NCBI GenBank assembly: GCA_964469165.1
Contig: CAYXXZ010000001.1
Span: forward strand, 72,405 to 136,404
Source: an uncultured Porticoccaceae bacterium
Lineage (GTDB): Bacteria > Pseudomonadota > Gammaproteobacteria > Pseudomonadales > Porticoccaceae
Direction of reading: 5' to 3'
Length of the DNA stretch: 64,000 nucleotides
In this document: positions 28,198 to 37,132 of the stretch, piece by piece
Layout: every line of letters starts with the position of its first letter
How positions within the stretch are numbered: the first letter of the stretch is position 1
Made by a program: the position numbers and the translations under genes
The notes under the pieces: generated by a model
Told to the model about the DNA's origin: nothing
Databases searched by the model: none
The model's input: the letters and a program-made list of their open reading frames with translations, nothing else

Positions 28198-29856
28198 CTA
28201 TTCAGCAAGACGCCATACCGGCTGGCTCCGTGAGCCCGCGTTAATGATGCGATTATTACGTCTTAGCTTGGTTAATAAGTTACTGATTTTGTCTATCTTT
28301 TGCTGCTCGCTCAAAGCATCACTCAACTTATCCATCAACAACTTGTTGATCTCTGCACGATCCGCGCGGCCAAATCGATCAAGGTAGTCTGTAAGCAACT
28401 TTGCATAAAACGCATCATCCTGAGGCCGGGTGTGAATGTAGTCCGCCTTGCTTGCCGTAGCATCGGCAACCAGAGCAGATACATGAAAGTTCGGCTTGCG
28501 CCCTTCAATCAACCCTGCCTTGCGTAACCGGCTGGCTGCTTTATCCGTAATGGAGAGCTTTTTCTGCACCCGGTCGAGCGCCAATACATCAATCAACGGC
28601 AAATCTGTCTTTTGGATCAACAAGCGGCTATAGGCCGGGTCCACAACACCCCCGTAGAGTGTCATCCTGACCACATTAGTCTGACTCAGATCGTAGTCCG
28701 GCAGCGGAAAATAGCGCTGCACCTGGCCTCTATAGATGAGATGAATGCCATAACCCATGGTATCTATCATGTTCAGTTCAGCCATCGCCTGGGTAAGGAA
28801 GGGGTTGCGATATCGGCGCGGCGTTTTGTCGCCTTGGACATATTCATCGGGCTGGCCTTCAAAAAAACTGCCTTCATTCTCAAAGATCAGCCGGTCAGAT
28901 TGCTCGGTTACTACAACCCGACCATTGCGAGCATAGTCCTGGTGCGCAATACAGTTGTGCAGGGCTTCCAGCACAATTTTCTGGTTATATTTGGAGACTT
29001 CGATAGGGATCAATTCATCTTGCGGCAAAATACGCAGCTGAATATTGCGAATACGCTGATAAAGCAGGGTCGTGCTAAGTAAAAAAGGTGGGCTAAAGTG
29101 TTCATAGGCTCGCTCCTGTCCTTCCAGCTTCCAGGTCAGCTGTGCCGGGTGAGGCAGAAGGAAATATGCCGATTCTGCCTTGCCCAGCAACAAAAGTGCC
29201 GTTCGGGTAATTTGTCCGTTTTGGGTAAGGCGTGCGCGATCCAGGAATACCCTTAATGGCCAACTCATCACTTCGCTGGCTTCAAGGCGGTTGGCGTATT
29301 TTTGCGCAAATGACTCACGTGCTTTTCGAAGGGCTGTTTCATCCAGATCGTCCAGCGTGGCATCTGGAACAACTTGTGCTGTCCAATCTTGACGCAGGGT
29401 CTGCTGGCGTATTTCATCGAGCTTATCCAATCCCAATGAAGCCCGACTCTCACCTGCACGAGCGTAGTAATGTCCCTTCCAGGCAATAGGAATTCCGCAA
29501 GGAGCGGCGGGAATTTCAAATAAAATTACTCGCCCTTGCGGATGATCCAACACATGAATTTCGCGCAAGGTAATACTTGGCTCGGCAGATTGCGCAATCT
29601 GGTTCTTCAAGCTTTGCAAGCGCTCTCTTTCCATGCGGTAATCGCTACCCACTACGGCACGGGTTTTGTTATTGATACCGAATATCAACCAGGCGCGTTC
29701 TGCATTGCGCAAATTAGCTTCGTTACTGAGGGCTGAAAAATACTCACCTATTTTATTAGTATCGTAATCGTTGCTCGCCTGCTTGAACTCCACGACTTCG
29801 TTTTCCCAGGTGGCAATCAGGCGCTCAAGCAAACGAGTTAGCTCTTCCGGCGTCAT
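28198..29856 (-). CDS. AlbA_2 (Schlafen-type) domain + HATPase_c_4-like + C-terminal wHTH protein ('RecG-like helicase/putative regulator' family)
   Basis: The N-terminus E...VEFK.........IGEYFSA.SNEANL......WLIFGI.N.T...VG fits AlbA_2. The middle ALHN.IAHQDY.....V.V.....RL.FEN.G.F fits HATPase_c_4. The basic/helical C-terminus fits wHTH. Its ATG overlaps the hsdS stop (ATGA, 29853-29856). Confidence 0.75.
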   Translation of the reverse strand: MTPEELTRLLERLIATWENEVVEFKQASNDYDTNKIGEYFSALSNEANLRNAERAWLIFGINNKTRAVVGSDYRMERERLQSLKNQIAQSAEPSITLREIHVLDHPQGRVILFEIPAAPCGIPIAWKGHYYARAGESRASLGLDKLDEIRQQTLRQDWTAQVVPDATLDDLDETALRKARESFAQKYANRLEASEVMSWPLRVFLDRARLTQNGQITRTALLLLGKAESAYFLLPHPAQLTWKLEGQERAYEHFSPPFLLSTTLLYQRIRNIQLRILPQDELIPIEVSKYNQKIVLEALHNCIAHQDYARNGRVVVTEQSDRLIFENEGSFFEGQPDEYVQGDKTPRRYRNPFLTQAMAELNMIDTMGYGIHLIYRGQVQRYFPLPDYDLSQTNVVRMTLYGGVVDPAYSRLLIQKTDLPLIDVLALDRVQKKLSITDKAASRLRKAGLIEGRKPNFHVSALVADATASKADYIHTRPQDDAFYAKLLTDYLDRFGRADRAEINKLLMDKLSDALSEQQKIDKISNLLTKLRRNNRIINAGSRSQPVWRLAE

Positions 29857-31082
29857 GTCGTCGCCTCCGACTTGGGAAAGCTCAACAGCAGGTCGCGGTA
29901 GTATTCGTATTGCTTCCGACGCAGCTCGATTTCGCGGGGCAGGCCCTCGGTGATGGAGTTGGTCAGGGTGTCGAATTTGTCGAGGATGGCAACGATACGG
30001 GCTTGCTCGGCAAGCGACCTCTCCGGTTCATCCGGGTACGGCACAGGTATTCTTACCTTTGAAAAGCCATTTATCAGCAGAGTATTTACTTTAGTTCTTG
30101 CCACATACTTTGCCTTCTCCGCAATAAAGGATGCAGTTTGCATACAGTATGAAACAAATTTCGGGTTCATGGCGTGTCGAAAAGCGTAACAGTGGTCGTG
30201 AATAGCTACCCTCTCGGCACCGAGCCATGCCACAGCCTTTCCCACATCTTCCACCGTTTCTCCGACATCCGTTAACACCACATCACCTGGCTCTGCATAG
30301 CGTAGCGAGTCGGCCAATTCTGGTCTGACCTTGGAAAGCGCCTTCTCAGTAAACACGCCATACCGGGTATAAATTTCACCATAGTGAATAACACTGACAC
30401 CGCTATCTGTGTAGTCAGCTTTAGTAAAACGCTTACCGCGAATAAACTCGCCAACTTCTCCCAGAGCTTTCCACTCTACCTCGTCTTCTTCAAAGCTTAA
30501 TAACTTGTCGCGATAGTAGTTGTATTGCTGTTGACGTGTGCTAAGCTCGGCGGTCAGCTCGGCGGTCATGGCGGTAAATGCGTCCAGAATACGGGCAATT
30601 TCGGCCTGAATCTCAAGGGATTTTTTGGGGTTTTCTGGACAGGGGATAGGCACGGGAATTTCCGTTAGCTTCCCCTTTGTCAATTTAGCTCGGCCACCCC
30701 CAGTCAAAAACGGAACGAAATCTACTGTACGCAAGTAGTGGTACATAAATCTCGTATCAACTCCTGACAACCCGCGCACAACGTGGACATGATTATTTGC
30801 CCAAAACTTCCCAGTCGCATATTGAATGGAATAGTTTTCCAAGCTTGCTGAACCGTCCTCAGCAATCAACACAAACTCACCTTCGTGAGTATGGCCTCCA
30901 ACATGATCTTGAATATTGTTCGCACCGTAATATGGCGTTGGCCCGGGGATGCGCAGAGAGGCTTTTACCGGTTTCCTTCCACTATTCGCTATATCAAAAA
31001 GGTGCTCGTCACCTAAGACAGCCCACTCCACCTCCACGCCATCCAGCAGCTTGTCCAAAAAATCCACCTTACTCATTACCAT
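29853..31082 (-). CDS. hsdS: type I restriction enzyme S (specificity) subunit, type IC architecture
   Basis: 409 aa with two target-recognition halves. These are separated by the central conserved region ...ILDAFTAMTAELTAELSTRQQQYNYYRDKLLSF and end with ...ILDKFDTLTNSITEGLPREIELRRKQYEYYRDLLLSF. Confidence 0.9.
   Translation of the reverse strand: MVMSKVDFLDKLLDGVEVEWAVLGDEHLFDIANSGRKPVKASLRIPGPTPYYGANNIQDHVGGHTHEGEFVLIAEDGSASLENYSIQYATGKFWANNHVHVVRGLSGVDTRFMYHYLRTVDFVPFLTGGGRAKLTKGKLTEIPVPIPCPENPKKSLEIQAEIARILDAFTAMTAELTAELSTRQQQYNYYRDKLLSFEEDEVEWKALGEVGEFIRGKRFTKADYTDSGVSVIHYGEIYTRYGVFTEKALSKVRPELADSLRYAEPGDVVLTDVGETVEDVGKAVAWLGAERVAIHDHCYAFRHAMNPKFVSYCMQTASFIAEKAKYVARTKVNTLLINGFSKVRIPVPYPDEPERSLAEQARIVAILDKFDTLTNSITEGLPREIELRRKQYEYYRDLLLSFPKSEATT
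30544..30567. repeat. 2 x 12-bp tandem repeat encoding TAEL-TAEL in the hsdS central conserved region
   Basis: AGCTCGGCGGTC AGCTCGGCGGTC on the + strand translates to T-A-E-L T-A-E-L on the - strand. Confidence 0.9.
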
Positions 31083-32118
31083 AACTCTCGCTGTTGGGAT
31101 CCAGCTGCTTCAGCATTCGGTCAAAATCAGATTCATACAGGCGATCCTGTACCACGCGGTATTTTTCAAATTCGGTTTCGGCGTGGAGCTTGGCCTGCTC
31201 GTGGGAAATCTTGCCGGGGCCGGTGAGGATTTCATTACCGTTGAATTCCAGGAAACCATCCAGTCGCGTGGCCCAGTCCTGCATCGACATGGGGATTTTG
31301 CGCATGGCCTGTAGCTCGGCAAATTCCAGATAGACCGAAACGATGCGCTCCAGATACTTAAGTTCCTGCTGATCCAGGTAATTCTTGGCTACGGATACAT
31401 CTGTGCGAACAATCTTGCCATCAGGCGCCGCTGCCCAATGGGTCAGCCCCATGTTTTCCTTACTCGCATCAGCACGGGCGACGATAAGCTCTGCGGCTGT
31501 ATGCCGGTGCACAGCCCAGTGCAGCTTGTTCTGCACCAAGGCAAAGAACTCACGCGTGGTCTTTGCATTCCTGTCGTAATCGAACGCGGTGGCATAGAGA
31601 TCGGTAATCTTCTGGTAGAACTTGCGCTCGGACAGGCGAATTTCCCGGATATATTCCAGCTGGCGCTCGAAATACTCATCGGTGAACATGTGGCCCTTCT
31701 TCAGGCGCTCCACATCCATGATCCAGCCCTGGATGGTGTAGTCCTTCACGATCTGGCCTGCCCATTTGCGAAACTGCACGGCGCGAGGGTTGTTGACCTT
31801 GAAGCCCACAGCGATGATGGCTTGCAGGTTGTAGTGCTTGGTTTTGTAGTTTTTGCCATCTGCGGCAGTTATTAAGTAATCCTTAATAACTGCGTCGGGC
31901 TGCAGCTCGCTCTCGTCAAAAATACGTTTCAGGTGCTGGTTGATGGCGGGCACAGTGACGTCATACAGCTCAGCTATCAGCTTTTGCGTCAACCAGATGT
32001 TCTCATCTTCGTAGCGCATTTCCACGCTGGTCTGGCTATCACCCGTTGCGGCCACAAAAGTCAGGTATTCAGCCGCTGAAGAGCGAATGTTTGGCAGGCT
32101 CTGCTTCTTCTTTGCCAT
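31069..32118 (-). CDS. rhuM: RhuM family protein (virulence-protein RhuM-like, N-terminal HTH-like + Fic/DOC-related C-terminus)
   Basis: 349 aa. ...VE.R.E.E.+WLTQ..+AELY......I..HLK.IF...EL......K.........GK.Y....YNL.AIIAVG++VNS..A..FR.WA and ...FF..VQNK+H+A+...TAAE++ are typical RhuM. It overlaps the hsdS start by 14 nt and begins 2 nt after the hsdM stop. Confidence 0.8.
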   Translation of the reverse strand: MAKKKQSLPNIRSSAAEYLTFVAATGDSQTSVEMRYEDENIWLTQKLIAELYDVTVPAINQHLKRIFDESELQPDAVIKDYLITAADGKNYKTKHYNLQAIIAVGFKVNNPRAVQFRKWAGQIVKDYTIQGWIMDVERLKKGHMFTDEYFERQLEYIREIRLSERKFYQKITDLYATAFDYDRNAKTTREFFALVQNKLHWAVHRHTAAELIVARADASKENMGLTHWAAAPDGKIVRTDVSVAKNYLDQQELKYLERIVSVYLEFAELQAMRKIPMSMQDWATRLDGFLEFNGNEILTGPGKISHEQAKLHAETEFEKYRVVQDRLYESDFDRMLKQLDPNSESYGNE

Positions 32119-32120
32119 GC

Positions 32121-33665
32121 TTAGGCTCCTTCTATTTCGGCCACTATGACATCAATCTCGGCACGCAGCTGGGTGATTCTGGCCACAGTGGTTTTCAGCT
32201 CGGCATTGAGCTGGACGATATCAATCACCTCACGGGTGTCCGCAGCCTCTACGTAGCTGCTGACGGAGAGGTTGTAGTCATTGCCGGCGATTTCCTCGAA
32301 GGGCACTGAGCGGGCGAAGTGGTCCACATCTGCCTTGCTGTCGAACACCTGCATGATCTTGTCGATGTGCTCATCAGTCAGAATGTTGTTGTTGGTTTCC
32401 TTCTTGAACAGGCCACTGGCATCAATGAACTGGGTGGTGGTGTCCGCCTTGTGTTTGGACAGCACCAGAATGTTCACGGCAATGGTGGTGCCGAAAAACA
32501 GGTTGGGCGCCAGTGAGATCACGGTTTCGACAAAGTTGTTATCCATCAGATACTTTCTGATTTTCTGCTCGGCACCGCCGCGATAGAAGATACCGGGAAA
32601 GCAGACGATGGCGGCACGCCCCTTGCTGGACAGATAGCTGAGGGCATGCAGCACAAAGGCGAAGTCGGCCTTGGACTTGGGGGCCAGCACACCGGCGGGG
32701 GCAAAGCGGTCGTCGTTGATCAAGGTGGGGTCGTCAGAGCCGATCCACTTCACCGAATAGGGCGGGTTGGAGACGATGGCATCGAAGGGTTTGTTGTCAC
32801 CAAAGTGCGGGTCGATCAGGGTGTTGCCCAGCTGGATATTGAACTTGTCGTAGTTGATGTTGTGCAGAAACATGTTCATCCGCGCCAGGTTGTAGGTGGT
32901 GTGGTTGATCTCCTGGCCGAAGAAGCCCTCTTCGATGATGTGGGCGTCGAAATGTTTCTTGGCTTGCAGCAGCAATGAGCCGGAACCGCAGGCGGGGTCA
33001 AAAATCTTGTTGACGCTGGTTTGTTTGTGCATCGCCAGCCGGGCAATCAGCCTGGATACGTGCTGTGGGGTAAAAAATTCGCCGCCGGACTTGCCTGCGT
33101 TGGCTGCATAGTTGGAGATCAGGAACTCGTAGGCATCCCCGAACAGGTCGATATGGGCCGCGTCAAAGTTGCCAAAATCCAAGCCTGCCACGCCCTTCAG
33201 CACCGCTGACAGACGAGCGTTCTTGTCCTTGACGGTGTTGCCGAGGCGGTTACTGGTGGTGTCGAAGTCTGCAAACAGACCTTTGATGTCCTGCTCGGAC
33301 GGATAGCCATTGGCGGAAGCTTCAATGTCGGCAAAGATCCTGGCGAGATCGGTGTTGAGGCTTTCGTTGCTGTGGGCGCTTTTGGCGATATTGGCAAACA
33401 GCTGGCCGGGGTAGATGAAATAGCCCTTGGTTTTGATGGCGTCATCGCGAATTTCCGGGGTAATGACGGTGTCGGGCAGCTCAGCGTAGTTGATGCTTTC
33501 GTCACCGGCTTCGATGTAGCTGGCAAAGTTCTCGCTGATAAAGCGGTAGAACAGGGTGCCCAGCACATACTGCTTGAAGTCCCAGCCATCCACCGCGCCG
33601 CGGACATCGTTGGCAATGGCCCAAATTTGACGTTGCAGGGCGGCGCGTTGTTGTGAGCTAGTCAT
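32121..33665 (-). CDS. hsdM: type I restriction enzyme M subunit (N6-adenine DNA methyltransferase)
   Basis: [17 protein letters not shown]+.+RG...GWDFKQY+LG.LFYRF+SE, motif I (DPACGSGS) and motif IV (NPPYS). ATG 33665 is chosen; the 33983 ORF start would run into the divergent neighbour. Confidence 0.95.
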   Translation of the reverse strand: MTSSQQRAALQRQIWAIANDVRGAVDGWDFKQYVLGTLFYRFISENFASYIEAGDESINYAELPDTVITPEIRDDAIKTKGYFIYPGQLFANIAKSAHSNESLNTDLARIFADIEASANGYPSEQDIKGLFADFDTTSNRLGNTVKDKNARLSAVLKGVAGLDFGNFDAAHIDLFGDAYEFLISNYAANAGKSGGEFFTPQHVSRLIARLAMHKQTSVNKIFDPACGSGSLLLQAKKHFDAHIIEEGFFGQEINHTTYNLARMNMFLHNINYDKFNIQLGNTLIDPHFGDNKPFDAIVSNPPYSVKWIGSDDPTLINDDRFAPAGVLAPKSKADFAFVLHALSYLSSKGRAAIVCFPGIFYRGGAEQKIRKYLMDNNFVETVISLAPNLFFGTTIAVNILVLSKHKADTTTQFIDASGLFKKETNNNILTDEHIDKIMQVFDSKADVDHFARSVPFEEIAGNDYNLSVSSYVEAADTREVIDIVQLNAELKTTVARITQLRAEIDVIVAEIEGA

Positions 33666-33831
33666 GCTGGTGTTCCTGTTTGAATAGATTTTTTTGAATA
33701 GCGATTCAGTGTGAAACCTGTTGCGCATTGTAACGAGTAAAGCGTTGCGAGCCAGCAGCCCAGAGTCGGGAGCCCAGATACGAAGCCGCATCCCAATGTT
33801 ATCATTGCGCCTTTTCTTCCAGGCTCCAGCC

Positions 33832-34977
33832 ATGCCCGCAGTCAACGATATTTTCACCGCCAGCGTTCGCGATCTTTCGTCGGATGGCAATGGCGTGGTC
33901 GAGCATCGCAGCGGGCAGATTTTTTTTGTGCCGGGGGTGTGGCCGGGGGAAGAGGGCGAGTTTCGGGTAACGGGGTTTCGCAAGAGTTTTGGTTTCGCCC
34001 GGCTGGTGAAATTGCTGCGGCCCGCACCGGAGCGGGTGACGCCTCAGTGCGTTCACCAGGGATTTGGTCGCGATGATTGCGGCGGCTGCCCCTGGCAGTT
34101 CGTCACTTACGAGGCGCAACTGGCGGCCAAGGAGATGAGGGTGCGGCGTGCGCTGAGTCGCCTGGGCCTCGATGAGCGCATTCGGCCCATTTGGGGCTCA
34201 CCGCAGCAGTTCGGCTACCGCAACCGCGCCCAATTGAAAAGCGATGGCCGCGCCATCGGCTATGTAGCCCAGGGCTCGAACCGCCTGGTGGCGATCGACG
34301 ATTGCCCCATTCTGAGCGACCACAACCGCCAAACCCTGAAGGATTTTCTCGCAACCCTGCCCAATCCCGCGCTGCGCCCGAGCCGCAAGGCGCAATGGAG
34401 CACGCTGGATATCGATGAGGCGCTGACCGCGGAGACCGTGTCCATCAACAGGCGTCGCCCCTTCCAGCAGGCCAACAGCGCCCAGAATCTGCGTATGCGC
34501 GATTGGCTGGCCCGTTCCCTCGCGAATGCGGACAAGGCCCTGCCGGTGGTGGAGCTGTTCGCCGGCTCGGGCAATTTCACCGAGGTTCTGCATAACGCGG
34601 GGTTCGAGCGCATCCTGGCGGTGGAGGGTGTGGCCGAGGCGGTCGATGCTCTCGACACCCAGGGTTGGCGCGGCGTGGAGGGGCTGGTGTGTGATCTGTT
34701 CAGTGAGGCTGGAGCGAGGACTGCGGCGCAAGCTGCCTCGGGTTCGGGAGTGCTGGTGCTGGATCCACCCAGGGACGGTTTTCGCCATATCGGCACACTC
34801 ACCACCGCACTATCGAAGTTGCGCCATATAGCCTACATCTCCTGTGATCTTGCTACCTTTGTCCGCGATATGCAGACCTTGCTACAGCAAGGCTTTGTAG
34901 TCGATCACATCCAGCCGCTCGATCTTTTTCCGCATACGCCGCACGTGGAACTGCTGGCCGCGCTGCGCAAACCCTGA
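33832..34977 (+). CDS. RumA/RlmD-family RNA (uracil-C5)-methyltransferase
   Basis: TRAM-like N-terminus, a Cys cluster (C...C..C.W), YRN+.Q, and SAM motifs VVELF.GSGNF and DPPR.G. Confidence 0.75.
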   Translation: MPAVNDIFTASVRDLSSDGNGVVEHRSGQIFFVPGVWPGEEGEFRVTGFRKSFGFARLVKLLRPAPERVTPQCVHQGFGRDDCGGCPWQFVTYEAQLAAKEMRVRRALSRLGLDERIRPIWGSPQQFGYRNRAQLKSDGRAIGYVAQGSNRLVAIDDCPILSDHNRQTLKDFLATLPNPALRPSRKAQWSTLDIDEALTAETVSINRRRPFQQANSAQNLRMRDWLARSLANADKALPVVELFAGSGNFTEVLHNAGFERILAVEGVAEAVDALDTQGWRGVEGLVCDLFSEAGARTAAQAASGSGVLVLDPPRDGFRHIGTLTTALSKLRHIAYISCDLATFVRDMQTLLQQGFVVDHIQPLDLFPHTPHVELLAALRKP

Positions 34978-35090
34978 CAGGCCCCTGGTTCGATTGAGGG
35001 TGCCTATGAAGTCCATATAGATAAATGGCTGGAGAATCGGGGCCTCGTCACGTAGTCTGAGCACACGTTCAATCAACCACAGGATTTCCC

Positions 35091-35336
35091 ATGACCGACT
35101 TCACTGTTTATGGTCGTCCCGGCTGCGGCTACTGTGTTGCCGCCGTGCAGTTGCTCAAATCGAAAGGCTACAGCTTCGACTACATCGACATCTACCAGCA
35201 GGGCATGCAGCCCGCGGATCTTTCGTCGGTCGTGGATCGCCCGGTGCGCACCGTGCCCCAGATCCTCCACGGCACCCGCTACGTGGGGGGCTACACCGAC
35301 CTGCTGCCCTACATCAGGGACGTGGAAGCGGCCTGA
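35091..35336 (+). CDS. glutaredoxin-family protein
   Basis: 81 aa. VYGRPGCGYC active site, TVPQI and GGY.DL motifs. Confidence 0.8.
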   Translation: MTDFTVYGRPGCGYCVAAVQLLKSKGYSFDYIDIYQQGMQPADLSSVVDRPVRTVPQILHGTRYVGGYTDLLPYIRDVEAA

Positions 35337-35352
35337 TTCACGCCCGCGCCCA

Positions 35353-35748
35353 TCAGCTTTGACCGATGGGCCGGGTCTTGCCGTTCTCGGTAATGGCAAC
35401 GTACCAGAAATCCGCCTCCGACAGCTTGGCGGGCTCGTCCATGGTTTCCGACTCGATCCACACTTCCACATTGATGCGCATCGACGTGCGCCCGCTTTCC
35501 ACAAGGCTCGCGTAGCAGCTTACGATGGCGCCTATCGGTACCGGCCGCATGAACCCCATGCGGCCCACGGACACCGTCGCCACGCGCCCGCGGGCAATGC
35601 GCTTTGCCAGCACCATGCCGGCCAGATCCATCTGTGACAACACCCAGCCACCGTAGATGTCGCCGTGGGCATTGGTGTCCTTGGGCATCGCGATGACTCG
35701 CAGTGCCAGTTCGCCATGGGGAGCGGCAGGGGTATTGATAGAACTCAC
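35353..35748 (-). CDS. acyl-CoA thioesterase (YciA-like hotdog fold)
   Basis: P.D.N.HG.I+GGW+LS.MD.AG...A.....GRV.TV.V..M.F..PV..G. Confidence 0.8.
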   Translation of the reverse strand: MSSINTPAAPHGELALRVIAMPKDTNAHGDIYGGWVLSQMDLAGMVLAKRIARGRVATVSVGRMGFMRPVPIGAIVSCYASLVESGRTSMRINVEVWIESETMDEPAKLSEADFWYVAITENGKTRPIGQS

Positions 35749-35758
35749 GTTGTCATCC

Positions 35759-37132
35759 TCAGCCTAGAAGTTTATTGGGCAGCCAGGTCGTCAGTTCCGG
35801 CCAGAGGAACAGCACCACCAGCATGGCCAGTTGCAGCAGTATAAAGGGCATCACTCCCTTGTAAATATCGGTGGTGAGCACGGAAGCTGGAGCCACGCCG
35901 CGCAGGTAGAAGAGGGCAAAGCCAAAGGGCGGCGTCAGGAACGATGTTTGCAGGTTGACGGCAATCATGATGCCGAGCCAGATCGGGTCCACCCCCATGG
36001 CGAGCAAGGCTGGCGCCACGATGGGTACCACCACGAAGGTGATCTCGATGAAGTCGAGAATGAAGCCGAGGATGAAGATCGCCAGCATCACCGCCAGCAC
36101 CGCACCCACGGTGCCGCCGGGCACCATGCTCAACAGATCGCTGACCAGCTCCTCGCCGCCAAAACCGCGGAATACCAGTGAAAATACGATCGCGCCGATA
36201 AGGATCATGAATACCATGGCGGTGATCTGAGTGGTGGCACTCATCACCTCTTTCAGGCGCGCCAGGTTCAGCTGGCGCTTGACCAGGGCGAGCAGGGTGG
36301 CGCCAATCGCTCCCACGCCCGCCGCTTCCGTCGGTGTCGCCGCGCCGAAAATGATCGAGCCAAGCACTGCAAAAATCAGCACCACCGGGGGCAGCAGCGG
36401 AATGAGTATGTTGACCCGCGGCGAATTCTCGTCCCGCGGCGGCTCACTCGGCACCTTGTCGGGCCTCAGGGTCGCGTAGACATAGATGTAGAGCACATAC
36501 ATCACCACCAGCACCAGGCCGGGAATGATGGCCCCAACGAACAGGTCACCGATGGAGACTGTGTCGGGCATGAAGATGCCCATGCGCAGCTGTGCCTGTT
36601 GATAGGCCGTGGAGATGATGTCCCCCAGCAGCACCAGCACGATGGAGGGGGGGATGATCTGCCCCAGGGTACCGGTGGCGCAGATGGTACCGGAAGCCAG
36701 AGCCGGTGAATAACCCCGCTTCATCATGCTGGGTAGCGACATGAGCCCCATGGTGACCACGGTTGCCCCGACGATGCCGGTGCTCGCGGCAAGCAGCGCA
36801 CCCACCAGCACCACGGAAATGCCGAGCCCGCCCTTGAGGGAGCCACACAGCCGCGTCATGTTGTCGAGCAAGTCTTCGGCAAGGCGGGACTTCTCCAGCA
36901 TCACCCCCATGAAAACGAACAGGGGAATGGCGATCAAGGTGGCGTTGACCATGGTGCCGAACAAGCGGTTGGGCACGGCGTGGAGATATGCCATGTCGAA
37001 ATGGCCGGTCAAGACGCCCACTGCGGCAAAGGCCATGGCCACACCACTGAGCGTGAAGGCGACCGGATAACCCGCCAGCAGGCAGATGCAGACGGCGAGG
37101 AACATCAGCAGTGGAACGAACTCGACCATCAC
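35759..37132 (-). CDS. dctM: TRAP transporter large permease
   Basis: 457 aa, polytopic, with DctM-type blocks (GYPVAF.L, ...GTLGQIIPPSI.LV+). Confidence 0.9.
   Translation of the reverse strand: MMVEFVPLLMFLAVCICLLAGYPVAFTLSGVAMAFAAVGVLTGHFDMAYLHAVPNRLFGTMVNATLIAIPLFVFMGVMLEKSRLAEDLLDNMTRLCGSLKGGLGISVVLVGALLAASTGIVGATVVTMGLMSLPSMMKRGYSPALASGTICATGTLGQIIPPSIVLVLLGDIISTAYQQAQLRMGIFMPDTVSIGDLFVGAIIPGLVLVVMYVLYIYVYATLRPDKVPSEPPRDENSPRVNILIPLLPPVVLIFAVLGSIIFGAATPTEAAGVGAIGATLLALVKRQLNLARLKEVMSATTQITAMVFMILIGAIVFSLVFRGFGGEELVSDLLSMVPGGTVGAVLAVMLAIFILGFILDFIEITFVVVPIVAPALLAMGVDPIWLGIMIAVNLQTSFLTPPFGFALFYLRGVAPASVLTTDIYKGVMPFILLQLAMLVVLFLWPELTTWLPNKLLG

Noticed and set aside
24850-33720. Searched both low-GC islands (5.1-7.9 kb and 24.8-33.7 kb) and the TA islet for integrase, transposase, recombinase or flanking tRNA genes.
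   Set aside because: No ORF has recognisable integrase or transposase motifs in any frame, so the islands are not called as mobile elements.
33719-33729. ATTGTAACGAG at the right R-M island edge as a direct-repeat partner of AATGTAACAAG (24871-24881) at the left edge.
   Set aside because: The match is only 9/11 in AT-rich sequence, which is too weak to call an att-type duplication without comparative data.
33666-33983. N-terminal extension of hsdM (ORF start 33983). Similar extensions exist for ydjM-like (13959), crotonase (54193) and the KstD-like gene (46810).
   Set aside because: The family-typical N-termini begin at internal ATGs (33665, 13827, 54124, 46546). The extensions overlap divergent genes or promoters and lack conserved sequence.
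34978-35010. GGTTCGATTGAGGG, resembling a tRNA T-arm (a possible tRNA fragment or att site).
   Set aside because: No acceptor stem or anticodon arm can be drawn. It is more than 1.2 kb from the R-M island edge, so it is not a plausible integration scar.
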